Source of the DNA: a virus
Direction: 5' to 3' (one strand)
DNA: 64,000 bases
Virus record (IMG/VR): IMGVR_UViG_3300033145_000849
Coordinates: 32,001 to 96,000 of that record
In this document: in pieces, positions 8,946 to 19,387 of the stretch
Position numbering within the stretch: the first letter of the stretch is position 1
How the letters are laid out: the number at the start of each line of letters is the position of its first letter
Program-made: the position numbers and the translations under genes
The notes under the pieces: generated by a model
What the model was told of the DNA's origin: nothing
What the model saw: only the letters and a program-made list of their open reading frames with translations
Databases searched by the model: none

Positions 8946-10993
8946 TAGAACTCTCCTATAAACTTGTTCTCGTTGCGAGAACCAGTAATTAACATATACT
9001 CTTCAACTGCTGGAGACACATTCAAATTAGCTGAATTTCTCCTCATGATTATAACAAGATACATCTCTGCCTTAGCTATAGTATGAGACTGTCTTGTAGT
9101 CTCGAAAGAAATAATATTATTGGTACCTACTCTAACGCTCTGGTCTCCTATTAGGTCAACCACATCTAAAATCTCTGTATCTGAAGGAATGACAGCGGTA
9201 TTCGATACTACTGGAGTGTAGCTAACTGTATAGATATCTAGAGGTCGGACAGTATCTAAAATCTGAATACCTCTCCTCATAGAATGTCCATCATTTGGTG
9301 TAGCGTGAGTAATCTCGGTAGGATCATCAGCATCTACAAAAACCCAATCGTTCCCAGCCCCATAGGTTAAAATGGTTCCATTTCTGTATACAATAACATC
9401 CTCAGAATCTGCATCTGTGTAGAACATTAAAGACGCTTTGTCTGGATTGACTAAAAGCTCAGTACTTCTACGAGTAAATACAACTAGCTCATGGTAAATT
9501 CTATAAGCGTCTAACGGGAGAATTGGAACAATATTAGACGAAATTAAAAAATCATCATCACTAAAGAACTTTATGGTTAACCAATACTCAGTAGATCCAT
9601 GGTAAAATTTTGCATCTTCAGCTGTAGTTTGTGTAGGATATGTGTAATTATCTAAAGTTACAATACTCTCACCTGCAACTTGAGTTGGTCTAACTTCTGT
9701 TACTCTGAGAGCTACTTGTCCTGGCTTATCTACTGTTTGTTTTTTACTAACAAAGATAGATCTTTCCTTATAGGTATTAAAACCCAACTTGATATTGTCA
9801 AAACCAAGGACATATTCATAATACTTTTCCTCTGAATTTGTATTGTCTTTACGACCCATTACCTCATTAAGAATAAAATCAGATGTTAATATTTCCCTAA
9901 GGTCTTCGTTGATTGAGTCTTTATCTACTGTTAAGTTGTTTTGTCCTAATACTGCTCTGTGAAAATTAGACTCACCAAGTCTTTGTCTAAACTGTGTCTC
10001 TCTATAGTTGTACTGTAAGAATCGTAAAACAACCGCATTGCTGGTAGCTCTAGGAAAGTTTACTCTAGTTGGACCATCAATAGTTACGTTACCAGTACTA
10101 GCTGTCCTGCGGATATTGTTACCATCGTAATAATCAATCTGTACCAAGTTGATAGGAAAGATAGAAGCTGGTTCTATTTCAACAAAGTTAATGTCTTGAG
10201 AAGAAGGAAGTCTTATTACAACTTCCATATAAACTCCACTAGAACGAATGTCACTTAGAAGCAAAGGCACAACCCAATAAGTATTGTTCTTCTCATCTAT
10301 AATATTGTTAATGTTTGAATCTGGAAACCCTACATCTAATTCACTTCTTATACTGTAGTCATTTGACAACCAAGTAGCTTCTTTTGCTTTGATATATCTC
10401 AAGTCTTCTGACCCAAGAGTAATTCTTTCCCCAACCAAGTCTTTATAAGCATCTTCTTCGGAACCAATAGATCCACTTTTACGAGGATCTAAAAAAACAA
10501 GAGGACCATCTGCTGCAATTCGTGACAAAGAAAGAGTCTGTGATTCCCTAAAGGTATTGAATAAAGCATTGTCGAATCCTCTCTTGCTCTTATTGAGGAA
10601 CTCATACAGGGTAACCTGTGATTCTAATTCGTTGATACCATAGCGTAAGGACTTGATAGCAATCTTATTAATAGCGTTATGATGAGCTTCAATAATTGAG
10701 TCTAGAGTATCGGCTTCAGCAAAAGCCGCTTCTAGATCATCTGCTATTCTCTCAAGCATAAAATTGTATTGTTCAGAACTGGTGTCTTCTCCTGCTAGAG
10801 CTTTGAATAGTTCAAAAGTTGGTTTAATCCTTTCAGCTAGAAGCTCAGCAGTGAGATCTTTTAGCTTGGTACGAAATTCGTCCAAGTTCTTTATCTTACC
10901 ACTATCTCTTTCAGAGATCAGAATCTTGAGAATCTGATTTCCTTGAGTTAAAGGTAAGGATGTCCTAAATTTTTCTAAATAAGATGTGCTCAT
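8945..10993 (-). CDS. Baseplate/tail structural protein (682 aa)
   Basis: SSEQYNFMLERIADDL helix, IIDEKNNTYW, C-terminal SPAVEEYML. Paralog of the two downstream large proteins. Confidence 0.7.
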   Translation of the reverse strand: MSTSYLEKFRTSLPLTQGNQILKILISERDSGKIKNLDEFRTKLKDLTAELLAERIKPTFELFKALAGEDTSSEQYNFMLERIADDLEAAFAEADTLDSIIEAHHNAINKIAIKSLRYGINELESQVTLYEFLNKSKRGFDNALFNTFRESQTLSLSRIAADGPLVFLDPRKSGSIGSEEDAYKDLVGERITLGSEDLRYIKAKEATWLSNDYSIRSELDVGFPDSNINNIIDEKNNTYWVVPLLLSDIRSSGVYMEVVIRLPSSQDINFVEIEPASIFPINLVQIDYYDGNNIRRTASTGNVTIDGPTRVNFPRATSNAVVLRFLQYNYRETQFRQRLGESNFHRAVLGQNNLTVDKDSINEDLREILTSDFILNEVMGRKDNTNSEEKYYEYVLGFDNIKLGFNTYKERSIFVSKKQTVDKPGQVALRVTEVRPTQVAGESIVTLDNYTYPTQTTAEDAKFYHGSTEYWLTIKFFSDDDFLISSNIVPILPLDAYRIYHELVVFTRRSTELLVNPDKASLMFYTDADSEDVIVYRNGTILTYGAGNDWVFVDADDPTEITHATPNDGHSMRRGIQILDTVRPLDIYTVSYTPVVSNTAVIPSDTEILDVVDLIGDQSVRVGTNNIISFETTRQSHTIAKAEMYLVIIMRRNSANLNVSPAVEEYMLITGSRNENKFIGEF

Positions 10994-11425
10994 TTAAATC
11001 CTACTATCCGAGAAATAATAACCAATGTTTCCCGTTTGAATATCATGTTCTAGAACAAACCACTTCTTTTCCCATGGAGGAAGAATTGGAATATATTTAC
11101 TACCCTCTAGATAGGTATTGAAAGATACAATTCCTTGGGTTGAAGTTGCTCTATAATACAGATCTTTTTCTCCAGGTTCTATATATCTTTCTATGCGTCT
11201 TGTAGTTAGAGAAGGAACAGAACCAGATACCATGGTTTCATATGAATCAGATTGCCAATACTGTCCTGGTCCAATGATGCTCAGAAGTATTCCGTTATGT
11301 TCAAGGTCAACCTGAACCATATCTAAATTCTGGCTTCTTCTCCATGAGGCCTGACCTCTAGAGATTGCAGTATCTTCACCAACATAAGTAGTACTATTTG
11401 CAAAATGTTTGGTCCATTGACCCAT
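10994..11425 (-). CDS. Hypothetical protein (~143 aa, start revised to MGQWTKH)
   Basis: ATG at 11425 follows an AGAGGA RBS and removes the overlap with 11439-11984. Confidence 0.65.
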   Translation of the reverse strand: MGQWTKHFANSTTYVGEDTAISRGQASWRRSQNLDMVQVDLEHNGILLSIIGPGQYWQSDSYETMVSGSVPSLTTRRIERYIEPGEKDLYYRATSTQGIVSFNTYLEGSKYIPILPPWEKKWFVLEHDIQTGNIGYYFSDSRI

Positions 11426-11438
11426 ATTAATCCTCTTC

Positions 11439-11984
11439 TTAACTCGTAAAAGTGTATGTAAGAACTTGGTCGAACTGTCTATAACCGATAGTGTCTTCAT
11501 TCTCAGGCACTTCAATCCTACATTGAAAGCTCACGTTTGGACTACTTCCAGTCTGTATGGTTCCTGTTGCTGTGGCGCCAGTGTCTGTAGTTATATCAAC
11601 AGCATTGACTGCATTATCTCCAACTGTTGTTCTAAATACAGCACCATTGGTTGGGCTTTTACTATTCCATACTGGCCAGACAGCATCAGGAAAATTGTTA
11701 GTACTGTCCATGTTTATCATAAATCCACCAAAACCATCAACAGTCCCATCGTCTCCCCAGCTTAGTAATTCTGCTATGTCAGCAACCGAAGTAGCAGATC
11801 CTGTATAGGTAGAAGAAAACTCTCTAACATAGAGTCCAACATCTGTGATTTCATTAACACCATCATGTCTAATAAAGAATTGTTTAGCTGTAGTATTAGC
11901 TCCATTACTTGCATTCGCATGGTCCACAGTTGAGGAAATAGCAGCACTCCCGTTTGTTAGTGACCAAATTATATTAACCGACAT
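11439..11984 (-). CDS. Virion structural protein (181 aa, beta-sandwich-like)
   Basis: AAGGAG RBS; Thr/Ser/Gly-rich; ends in a beta strand (QVLTYTFTS). Confidence 0.7.
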   Translation of the reverse strand: MSVNIIWSLTNGSAAISSTVDHANASNGANTTAKQFFIRHDGVNEITDVGLYVREFSSTYTGSATSVADIAELLSWGDDGTVDGFGGFMINMDSTNNFPDAVWPVWNSKSPTNGAVFRTTVGDNAVNAVDITTDTGATATGTIQTGSSPNVSFQCRIEVPENEDTIGYRQFDQVLTYTFTS

Positions 11985-12001
11985 AGTTTATCTCCTTACT
12001 G

Positions 12002-14281
12002 TTATCCAGCTGTAGTTTTAATAGCCACCGTGGGGCCTGTGGATTCATATCCATCTGTATCAATAGCTCCTATCTTTACATAGTGTGTAGTTAACAGACT
12101 AAGCCCTGTAACTGTTGTGCTATTGCCGCTTGAAATATCTGCCATAGGAGAACTATTCCAGGTAGTAAATAGCTTATCTTGTTCAACGGAATAGTAAGCA
12201 TTATAAGTAATACTAGGTCCGTAACTTGGCCAATCAAAACTTACCATACCAGAACCAGGTGTTGTATCTATAATGGTAGGATCGATTCCATAAGTATCTA
12301 CAACTGCATAGCCTCCACCCTTCATGTGTTTATCAACAACATTTTTAATCTGGTCAATCGTAAGATCTCCACCATAGTCTGCAAGAAGAGACTGTGGAAC
12401 TTCTGCTTTAAAAGCTCCGACTCCTGGATATGGTCTCTGAGAATTACGATCCCAATACCAATCTATCTCTTTCTGTTCAAGCCTAGCGTCGTCAACGGAA
12501 TCGGCTTTGATTCCACCGCCCTGAATCCTAACATCAAAATTAGCTAAAGATTCTGGAGCAGTATGTTCTCCAACGTAAAGATCAGCTAAAACTAAAAATC
12601 TAGAGTTCTCTTCAAAGTTAGATAACGGAGTGCCAATTAAGTCTCCAGATTGTGTAACTGTAGAATCTAGAATAACACTCTCTACTGTATATTTGTCTAT
12701 GAAAGAAAATTCGTCTAGATAGTCTAAATTCACTCCTGATACTCTAGACTGTAATCCAGAAGTAGTAGACTCTATGTCATAGTAAAAGTCATGAGTTGGC
12801 AAACCATCACTAGTAAAATCATCTGCTAAAAGCTTTGTTGTTGATGGATCTATGCCAGAAGAGTTCTCGTCTGCTTGACTGGAGTAAATTATTTTTCCTA
12901 GAGTATCGATAACCAAATAGTAAACCGTACTCTCTAAGTCTCCAGTAGCAACATATTCTGGAGAGACATAAATGGCGATACGTTGTGTAAGTACATCTAG
13001 ATTGTTTACTGGATTGAAATCAATCTGAGTAAACTCATATTCTGTTTCTTCTGCATAATAGCTAACACTAACTTGGTCTGTTGCAGCAATTGGACCCTCT
13101 ACTTCAAGAAATCCATTTAGAGAATCAGCTGACAAAATACCATCTTCATAGTTGATGCTACCAGAATAATTGGTACCAACAATGGAAGGGTTATTGCTGT
13201 ATATATACTTTAAAGCATTGTACTTGTCTCTAACAACAACTTCTGTATACAGGTATAGGCCCGCAGATATTACAATTCCTTTAGGAAGCTTAACTAGGTT
13301 TTCCATAAGCCAAATAGCTTTCTGGTCTCCCTTGAATTTGTAGGGAGGAAAAGGGGTAAATGTTTGACTATTAAACTCAGCTACACGGTACTTATAGTTT
13401 TTCCAAGTGTTGCCATTAGTTTGAAGGGAAGTGATGAACTGTCCGTTTGTAAGGCTTACATTCCATGGAGCTGATAAGTCTAAGGCCGAGGGAGGCAATA
13501 TTTTTATTCTAGAACTAGAGAGTTCTTTATATGCATATCTCTGTACGATAGGCAGGGTAATTACAAACTGTTCTCCACCAACTTCTTCTTCGATCAGATA
13601 TTTTCTACGACCATCTGTATTGATATTAAACTCTGAATCTAAATCATCAAAACCAGCAGGTAAATAAGCGGACGTATTATTAAGTAATTCATGATAAATA
13701 ATAACCGATTGATTAGTACCACTGCCAGTACGAACTGTATATTGAATATATGTAACTTCAAATTCATCAGTAGCATCATTGTATACGTTTTCAAGATTAT
13801 TAAAAATCTCAGCTGTTGTGCTGTCTAGGTAATAGTCTACTACGTCTATGGAAGTAAAGTCTTTATCCGTAAACTCTACTGCTAGAAGAGTTGCATCGGT
13901 ATCGTCAGGGTCATAGTTCGCCAGAGTATGTACATAAAATAAAGGGGTTTCTGGTTTAGTAGGTGTCTCTGTAGTAAAAATATGAGTAACAACAAACTTG
14001 TCTACACTTAAGGTAAGGGTCTTTGTTGTAGCAGTAAAAATGTTAGTGGCAGAAGGAACTCTATTCTGGTTTAAAGAAGTACTTCTGTCTGAAATAAACA
14101 GATTGTTACCAGGAGTAGATTCTTGTCCAACAAGATAAGCTATATTAATATTATCTTGATTTGTTAGGGTTCTATAAACAACTTGTTCATGTCTCTTCTT
14201 AATATTAAGACGAGTGTCTGTATCTACCGTAACCGGCACTGCACTAACTTGAAACTGTTGTCCTAAAATACTAGTAGACAA
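12002..14281 (-). CDS. Baseplate/tail structural protein (759 aa) with a C-terminal fibronectin type III-like domain
   Basis: C-terminal VSFDW...YNAYY...TVTGLSLLTTHYVKIGAIDTDGYES fits the FN3 pattern. Confidence 0.7.
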   Translation of the reverse strand: MSTSILGQQFQVSAVPVTVDTDTRLNIKKRHEQVVYRTLTNQDNINIAYLVGQESTPGNNLFISDRSTSLNQNRVPSATNIFTATTKTLTLSVDKFVVTHIFTTETPTKPETPLFYVHTLANYDPDDTDATLLAVEFTDKDFTSIDVVDYYLDSTTAEIFNNLENVYNDATDEFEVTYIQYTVRTGSGTNQSVIIYHELLNNTSAYLPAGFDDLDSEFNINTDGRRKYLIEEEVGGEQFVITLPIVQRYAYKELSSSRIKILPPSALDLSAPWNVSLTNGQFITSLQTNGNTWKNYKYRVAEFNSQTFTPFPPYKFKGDQKAIWLMENLVKLPKGIVISAGLYLYTEVVVRDKYNALKYIYSNNPSIVGTNYSGSINYEDGILSADSLNGFLEVEGPIAATDQVSVSYYAEETEYEFTQIDFNPVNNLDVLTQRIAIYVSPEYVATGDLESTVYYLVIDTLGKIIYSSQADENSSGIDPSTTKLLADDFTSDGLPTHDFYYDIESTTSGLQSRVSGVNLDYLDEFSFIDKYTVESVILDSTVTQSGDLIGTPLSNFEENSRFLVLADLYVGEHTAPESLANFDVRIQGGGIKADSVDDARLEQKEIDWYWDRNSQRPYPGVGAFKAEVPQSLLADYGGDLTIDQIKNVVDKHMKGGGYAVVDTYGIDPTIIDTTPGSGMVSFDWPSYGPSITYNAYYSVEQDKLFTTWNSSPMADISSGNSTTVTGLSLLTTHYVKIGAIDTDGYESTGPTVAIKTTAG

Positions 14282-14295
14282 TTAATTATTCCTTG

Positions 14296-16905
14296 TTATT
14301 CGTTATATGGATCTATTGTCTTGTATGCTACTTCTAGAGTAATATGTGGATACACATAAACAACAGCTGCACCAGAAGCTTTCCAAATACTGAGTTGAAG
14401 AGCGTTGTTACTACGATAAAAATTGTTTATTTCTGCAACACTGTCCAGTGCAGTAGTCTCAGTTTCTCTACCAGTGGTTGAACTTAGAATTCCATCTCCA
14501 AGGGTATATGCTGTTCCACCAATAGTAATTTTATCAAGTTGCCAACCAACAGTTGATGTAGCTGCAATATCAATATCAAATGTTATATTCGCAGGATTAC
14601 CACCCGAATCTATAAGATCACAAGAATCAGGAAGATCATTGATAATGCCATATAAAATCTCGCCTGCAGAGAAAGTTCCTTGATGTTCCCATCGGAATTG
14701 ACCTGGAGTAGCAGTAGTATCATAATCCCACTGATGCAAAGCAGGACCTGGATATGGATACCATGTAGGAGCTACCATAATTGTTTTATATACATAGTTT
14801 GTTCGAACTATATCAGTAGTATCTATTATAAGACTATCTCCTGCAGTAATAGTTACATCATCATCAGCTGTTATGTTTACATCACCAGTAGATGATTCTA
14901 CAGTTGCTGTTGTAACGGCTTCAAGTCTAGCATAAGCTGCTGATGTAATTTCTACATAGCTAGCACTAGAATCAATAGTAGTTTCCTCTCTTGATTGAAG
15001 ACGAATAGTTTCTGATTCAAAACTTGCCTCACCATTATCAGCTGTTATCGTAACATTACCTTTGTCAGAGTCTATAATTACATCGCCATCATCAGAAGCT
15101 ATATTAACGTTATGGCCCACCCCAAGAGTATCACCATCAGCTGCTATACCACATTCTCCATTACCAGCTACAAGATACGCTGGGCCATTTGTCGAAACAG
15201 CATAAAGAAGACTTTTTCCCTGTAGAGTGAGGTCTCCTTCATTAGGCCGTATAGTCACAGCATTAGAACGCATGTCGAGATCTAGATAGTGAAGATGTTC
15301 TCTAGAATACAATCTGATTCCATGAGAATCTGCTCCTCCTGTAGCTGGAATATCAAACCTCATAAATATCTCACTGGCGCCGTCTGTATCTAAATATTGT
15401 GAAATACCATTAGATGCATCTGGCAAGCCAAAAGAAATTTTATTGCTATTTGCTAACAAATTACGATAGTTAGTCCCTGAGTTAGTACTAGACATCAAGA
15501 ACTCGCCTAACAGAGAGTTGTAATAATCGTCTCGGTATGTACCAGGAGCATTGCCACAGCCTAGTCTATGAAGATACTGAGGATGATCATCGGCATCCCA
15601 AGTAGAAGGCTCAATAGCTGGATGAGCTGCACTGTTAGTATCTGGGGTAAACAGATTAATTGTCTTACCATGACTAACCATAGAAGTTGGAATAGAACTA
15701 CTACTAGCATGATCATGGTCCATCATTTTCTTTACAAGTTCAGAAACAGTAGTAGATAGATCTGAACCTACAGTAATAAGTCGTAATCCTGCATTTGGAT
15801 AGTGATCTGCGGTATGAGTATGAGTGGCAGGATCGGGTGTATTCTTTAACTGAGTATCTTCATATACAGTGTTGTATGAACTACCTAACCACGAGGTTAG
15901 ATTATCTCCGCTAGCTATCATGACATATGGTCTAGGAGATACTGCGTTCTCTGCAGCAAAAACTACTCCTTCAATAATGGTTCCAGTATTGTTAGGGTCC
16001 CAAAGATAAACAAGACCTCTAGGAATGGTAGAACTGGCTGTCCAGTCATCTGTTCCGTTCCCAGATGTATCTGTGATTAACTTAGGAAGCCTGTATCTAT
16101 AGTGCTCTCCATAGTCGGCAGCAATTGGAGCTATCTCACCATCGTCCATAAAGAACTTGCGGTCAGCAGTCGGAGTAGTGCTAAGATTCTCTGCATCTGT
16201 CTGTGGAGATCTATTTAGTCTTCTACTAGAAGAAAGAGGCATGCGAGGAGGTAGAAAGATATAGTACCCCTGAGCATCTGTTAATCCGTCTACATAACAG
16301 ATTTTAAGACCTTTGAAATCGTAGCCCGCATCGGTATCGATGTCGGGAATAACATTAGACGTTACTGTAGTATTAATGTCTCCTTCAACAATAGGTTTAT
16401 ATTCTAATCGCCAATCATTTACAATCTGGTCGTAGAAAACACAATGGCCAGTATTCTCGTCGATATACCATTCGCCAGTAGCATTTACGTCGCTAAGACT
16501 AGTCTCTGGAGTAGGGTCAGGAGTACCAGTACCAGCAGCCCAGTTGTAAGCTGGAGTCACATCGTGAGGAGGAAAAGTTAGAGTAGCTTCATAGTTATTA
16601 GCATCGGCAGTGAAGTTATAGGTGTATTCTGTAATGTTTGGTAGATAAGGAATCCTAGGACTGATGTTTCTAGGAGCACCAATATATCTAGATAGGTTGG
16701 GAATCATGAGTGAGTTGTTAATGATAGAAACTGCATTGAGAAGAGAGTCGCCGCTTTGGTTCCACATGTCACCAAGGGCATACTCCATCAAACTCTGGCC
16801 ATACTTTGCCTGTGCAGCTAGACCATTCATCTTAGAAGAAGAAGGAATCTCTCCATCTGTAAATTCTACTGCTATGGGAAACGTTGTTCTATACTTATCT
16901 GCCAA
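14296..16905 (-). CDS. Tail fibre/spike protein (869 aa) with a beta-helix-like repeat region
   Basis: N-terminal FTDGEIPSSSKMN attachment motif, DDHPQY fibre motif, 8-9-aa periodic repeats (VNIASDDGDVIIDSDKGNVTITADNG). Confidence 0.7.
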   Translation of the reverse strand: MADKYRTTFPIAVEFTDGEIPSSSKMNGLAAQAKYGQSLMEYALGDMWNQSGDSLLNAVSIINNSLMIPNLSRYIGAPRNISPRIPYLPNITEYTYNFTADANNYEATLTFPPHDVTPAYNWAAGTGTPDPTPETSLSDVNATGEWYIDENTGHCVFYDQIVNDWRLEYKPIVEGDINTTVTSNVIPDIDTDAGYDFKGLKICYVDGLTDAQGYYIFLPPRMPLSSSRRLNRSPQTDAENLSTTPTADRKFFMDDGEIAPIAADYGEHYRYRLPKLITDTSGNGTDDWTASSTIPRGLVYLWDPNNTGTIIEGVVFAAENAVSPRPYVMIASGDNLTSWLGSSYNTVYEDTQLKNTPDPATHTHTADHYPNAGLRLITVGSDLSTTVSELVKKMMDHDHASSSSIPTSMVSHGKTINLFTPDTNSAAHPAIEPSTWDADDHPQYLHRLGCGNAPGTYRDDYYNSLLGEFLMSSTNSGTNYRNLLANSNKISFGLPDASNGISQYLDTDGASEIFMRFDIPATGGADSHGIRLYSREHLHYLDLDMRSNAVTIRPNEGDLTLQGKSLLYAVSTNGPAYLVAGNGECGIAADGDTLGVGHNVNIASDDGDVIIDSDKGNVTITADNGEASFESETIRLQSREETTIDSSASYVEITSAAYARLEAVTTATVESSTGDVNITADDDVTITAGDSLIIDTTDIVRTNYVYKTIMVAPTWYPYPGPALHQWDYDTTATPGQFRWEHQGTFSAGEILYGIINDLPDSCDLIDSGGNPANITFDIDIAATSTVGWQLDKITIGGTAYTLGDGILSSTTGRETETTALDSVAEINNFYRSNNALQLSIWKASGAAVVYVYPHITLEVAYKTIDPYNE

Positions 16906-16916
16906 AATTGTTCCTC

Positions 16917-19382
16917 CTATGGAATTCCTGAAGTTGTCACATCATCTACTATGTCATCCCAGTAGGTTACCTCAGATGCTATAGGATTGATATCTAAGAA
17001 AGTAACACCATCTAAAGCAGCTGCAAGAGCCAGGTTGTCACTTCTAAGTCTCCAACCTAATGGGACTTTTTGATCATTTGCTATGATACCACTCAAGGTG
17101 GCAGAAACCTCATCTATATGAACTTGGTTAATTTGGTCTAACACCCAGAGTCCACTTAAATAATTGGGGATAGATAACTTAACATCTATCGTGTTACTTA
17201 GGATATCCTGATTTCGTCTTTCATTATATACCGACGCCTGTAATGTCACTGTAGTAGGAGACACTAGGAAATATGAATGCAGAATACCACTAGGAACAGG
17301 TCCAAGAGTACCACTGGGAACAGGAATTTCATAAGTGGAAGTATCGAATATTACATCATATTCTCCTCCACCAGCAGCAATAACATCAATAGGTTGCATC
17401 GGAATATAGCAACCACTAGCAAAAGTATGAGGATTTAGCGCTTGGCCATCGTAAGCAGATACAATAACTTTACGACCCATACCCATGTCTGTCTGGAATA
17501 TACTGGGTAACGGAAGGTTACGTACCTCTCTATGATTGTATTCCCAGTCCTTTGCTCCGGTAGTTATTGCTCCACTGCCACCTATGTCCATACCTGTGGA
17601 ACCATAAATACTCTCATTAGTAAAAAACTGTCTATAGTATTCTGTAGTCTGAACAGTAGACGAATCTTGGTCCAGAGTGGTTTCCATAAAGCCTTGTAGT
17701 GCGTCATCTACCTGTACTTGATACAAGAAGATGTCGTCTACGTCGCCTTCTACAAGAATGTTTTCAGTGTGAAAAGTAGTAGTCTGAGTAACACCTGTAT
17801 AAATAGGGGTATTGTCTATTGAGTGTCCAGCAGCAGTAATATTCTCGCCAATTTCATTGACCCCACGAGGAGGATGATAATAAGACCTGGCTTCTCCAAA
17901 TTCATCTGTTACGGAACTAGATGTAGAAGCTAATGTGCCAAAAGATCCAGGAGCTGGAACACTGGTGATGTAGAAAGTAACTTCCTGGTCTTCAAGAACA
18001 TCGCCTCTTCTGTCTTTAACCGTAGCAATAATAGGAGCATAGGCGTTTCCGATTGCTAGTGGGCCATATACATCTGTTTGAATCTCTGGTAGTTGAGCAG
18101 TTAGTTCAATAGTTGATGGGTCTTCTAGTTCTGTAGACAAGTAAACAAACCCTTGACCACTTCTACGATAGATAGGATTAATGTTTGCCTCTGTAGCTAT
18201 TATAGTATTGGAAGAAGCTTGAGGTTCATATTCAATCCTGAATGTTTTCCAGTAGTTAGCTAAAATATAGTTACCTGCAGCAGGTGTATTCTGATCAGAG
18301 AGGTCGGGGTCGCCGAACTCTAATATGCCCAAATCGTAATCTACTTTAACTTGATCTACAGCAAGACCAGAAGAAAAAGGAATTGATTCCCATGAAGAAA
18401 TTCCACTATAAGAAACTGAATCAGGGATAGTAGTAGAAGAGTATATGAGCACACCTTGTGAATTATCTACTGGAGAATATTTTAAATGGAATTGTTGACC
18501 AGCAGAACCATCAGAAATACCTAGTTGTTCTAGAGCAGGAGAACCAACTTCGCTTCCAGCTTGCTGATTAAAAAGAGCAACTACAGGGCCGCCATCAGAC
18601 ACTCCACTGTAAATAACCTGAAATTCCTTCTCGTCTTGATCAATCAAAGACCAGTAAGTAACACCAGTAACAGTATTGTAAGTATCCTGTCTAACCAAGT
18701 CGTCATCTCTTTGACCTGTAAACAAAATCTTTTTCCTATATCTATCAAAGAGATCATACTTTCCTAAATTAGGATTCCATTCGTATTGTTCTGCTCTTAC
18801 AGGAACTCCTACTTGAGGAATAGAGTCTAAATCTACCTGATTGAACCCAGAAATCGTAAGATTATAATTCTCAGAAGCTGTTGTTATTCCACTATAAGTT
18901 GGATAAGCTACTTCAGAATCATCACTATAGAGATATCCTTCATCTTCAAAATCATAGTAATATCCATGCTGAATTTCAGGAGCCCAAATGTTATATAAGC
19001 TTCGGGTTTGAAGACCAGAGGAAGGAACTAGCTCAACGTCTATAAGCTCAAGATCCCTATTGCTACCAATGCCAGACTGGAAGTAAGATGTAGTAATGCC
19101 CGAGGTGGTAGGATCCCAATTAGCAGGAACAAATGCTGCCCAATTGTCGGTTGTTTCCCCGAACCAGACGCGCTCATCCCATTTCCAACCAGTATCATCC
19201 TCGAACCAGAGGTCTTCAGACCTAGCCGATATTACAGGTGTATTATATGTAAGAACTCCAGATCCGATCACGGGGCCCACCTCAAATTGATGACATATCG
19301 AGCTTAACCCAGATGTACTAGTTTGTACATCATATTGCCATCCCCAGGGACGAATTCCATATGGTTGAGTACCCCAAGCCAT
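16917..19382 (-). CDS. Baseplate-associated structural protein (821 aa) with an invasin-type Ig-like (Big_1) domain
   Basis: IIATVKDRRGDVLEDQEVTF...SVTDEFGEARSYY fits the Big_1 pattern; SDGSAGQQFHL..P and VDYDLGILEFGD are baseplate-wedge-like motifs. Confidence 0.7.
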   Translation of the reverse strand: MAWGTQPYGIRPWGWQYDVQTSTSGLSSICHQFEVGPVIGSGVLTYNTPVISARSEDLWFEDDTGWKWDERVWFGETTDNWAAFVPANWDPTTSGITTSYFQSGIGSNRDLELIDVELVPSSGLQTRSLYNIWAPEIQHGYYYDFEDEGYLYSDDSEVAYPTYSGITTASENYNLTISGFNQVDLDSIPQVGVPVRAEQYEWNPNLGKYDLFDRYRKKILFTGQRDDDLVRQDTYNTVTGVTYWSLIDQDEKEFQVIYSGVSDGGPVVALFNQQAGSEVGSPALEQLGISDGSAGQQFHLKYSPVDNSQGVLIYSSTTIPDSVSYSGISSWESIPFSSGLAVDQVKVDYDLGILEFGDPDLSDQNTPAAGNYILANYWKTFRIEYEPQASSNTIIATEANINPIYRRSGQGFVYLSTELEDPSTIELTAQLPEIQTDVYGPLAIGNAYAPIIATVKDRRGDVLEDQEVTFYITSVPAPGSFGTLASTSSSVTDEFGEARSYYHPPRGVNEIGENITAAGHSIDNTPIYTGVTQTTTFHTENILVEGDVDDIFLYQVQVDDALQGFMETTLDQDSSTVQTTEYYRQFFTNESIYGSTGMDIGGSGAITTGAKDWEYNHREVRNLPLPSIFQTDMGMGRKVIVSAYDGQALNPHTFASGCYIPMQPIDVIAAGGGEYDVIFDTSTYEIPVPSGTLGPVPSGILHSYFLVSPTTVTLQASVYNERRNQDILSNTIDVKLSIPNYLSGLWVLDQINQVHIDEVSATLSGIIANDQKVPLGWRLRSDNLALAAALDGVTFLDINPIASEVTYWDDIVDDVTTSGIP

Positions 19383-19387
19383 TTAAA

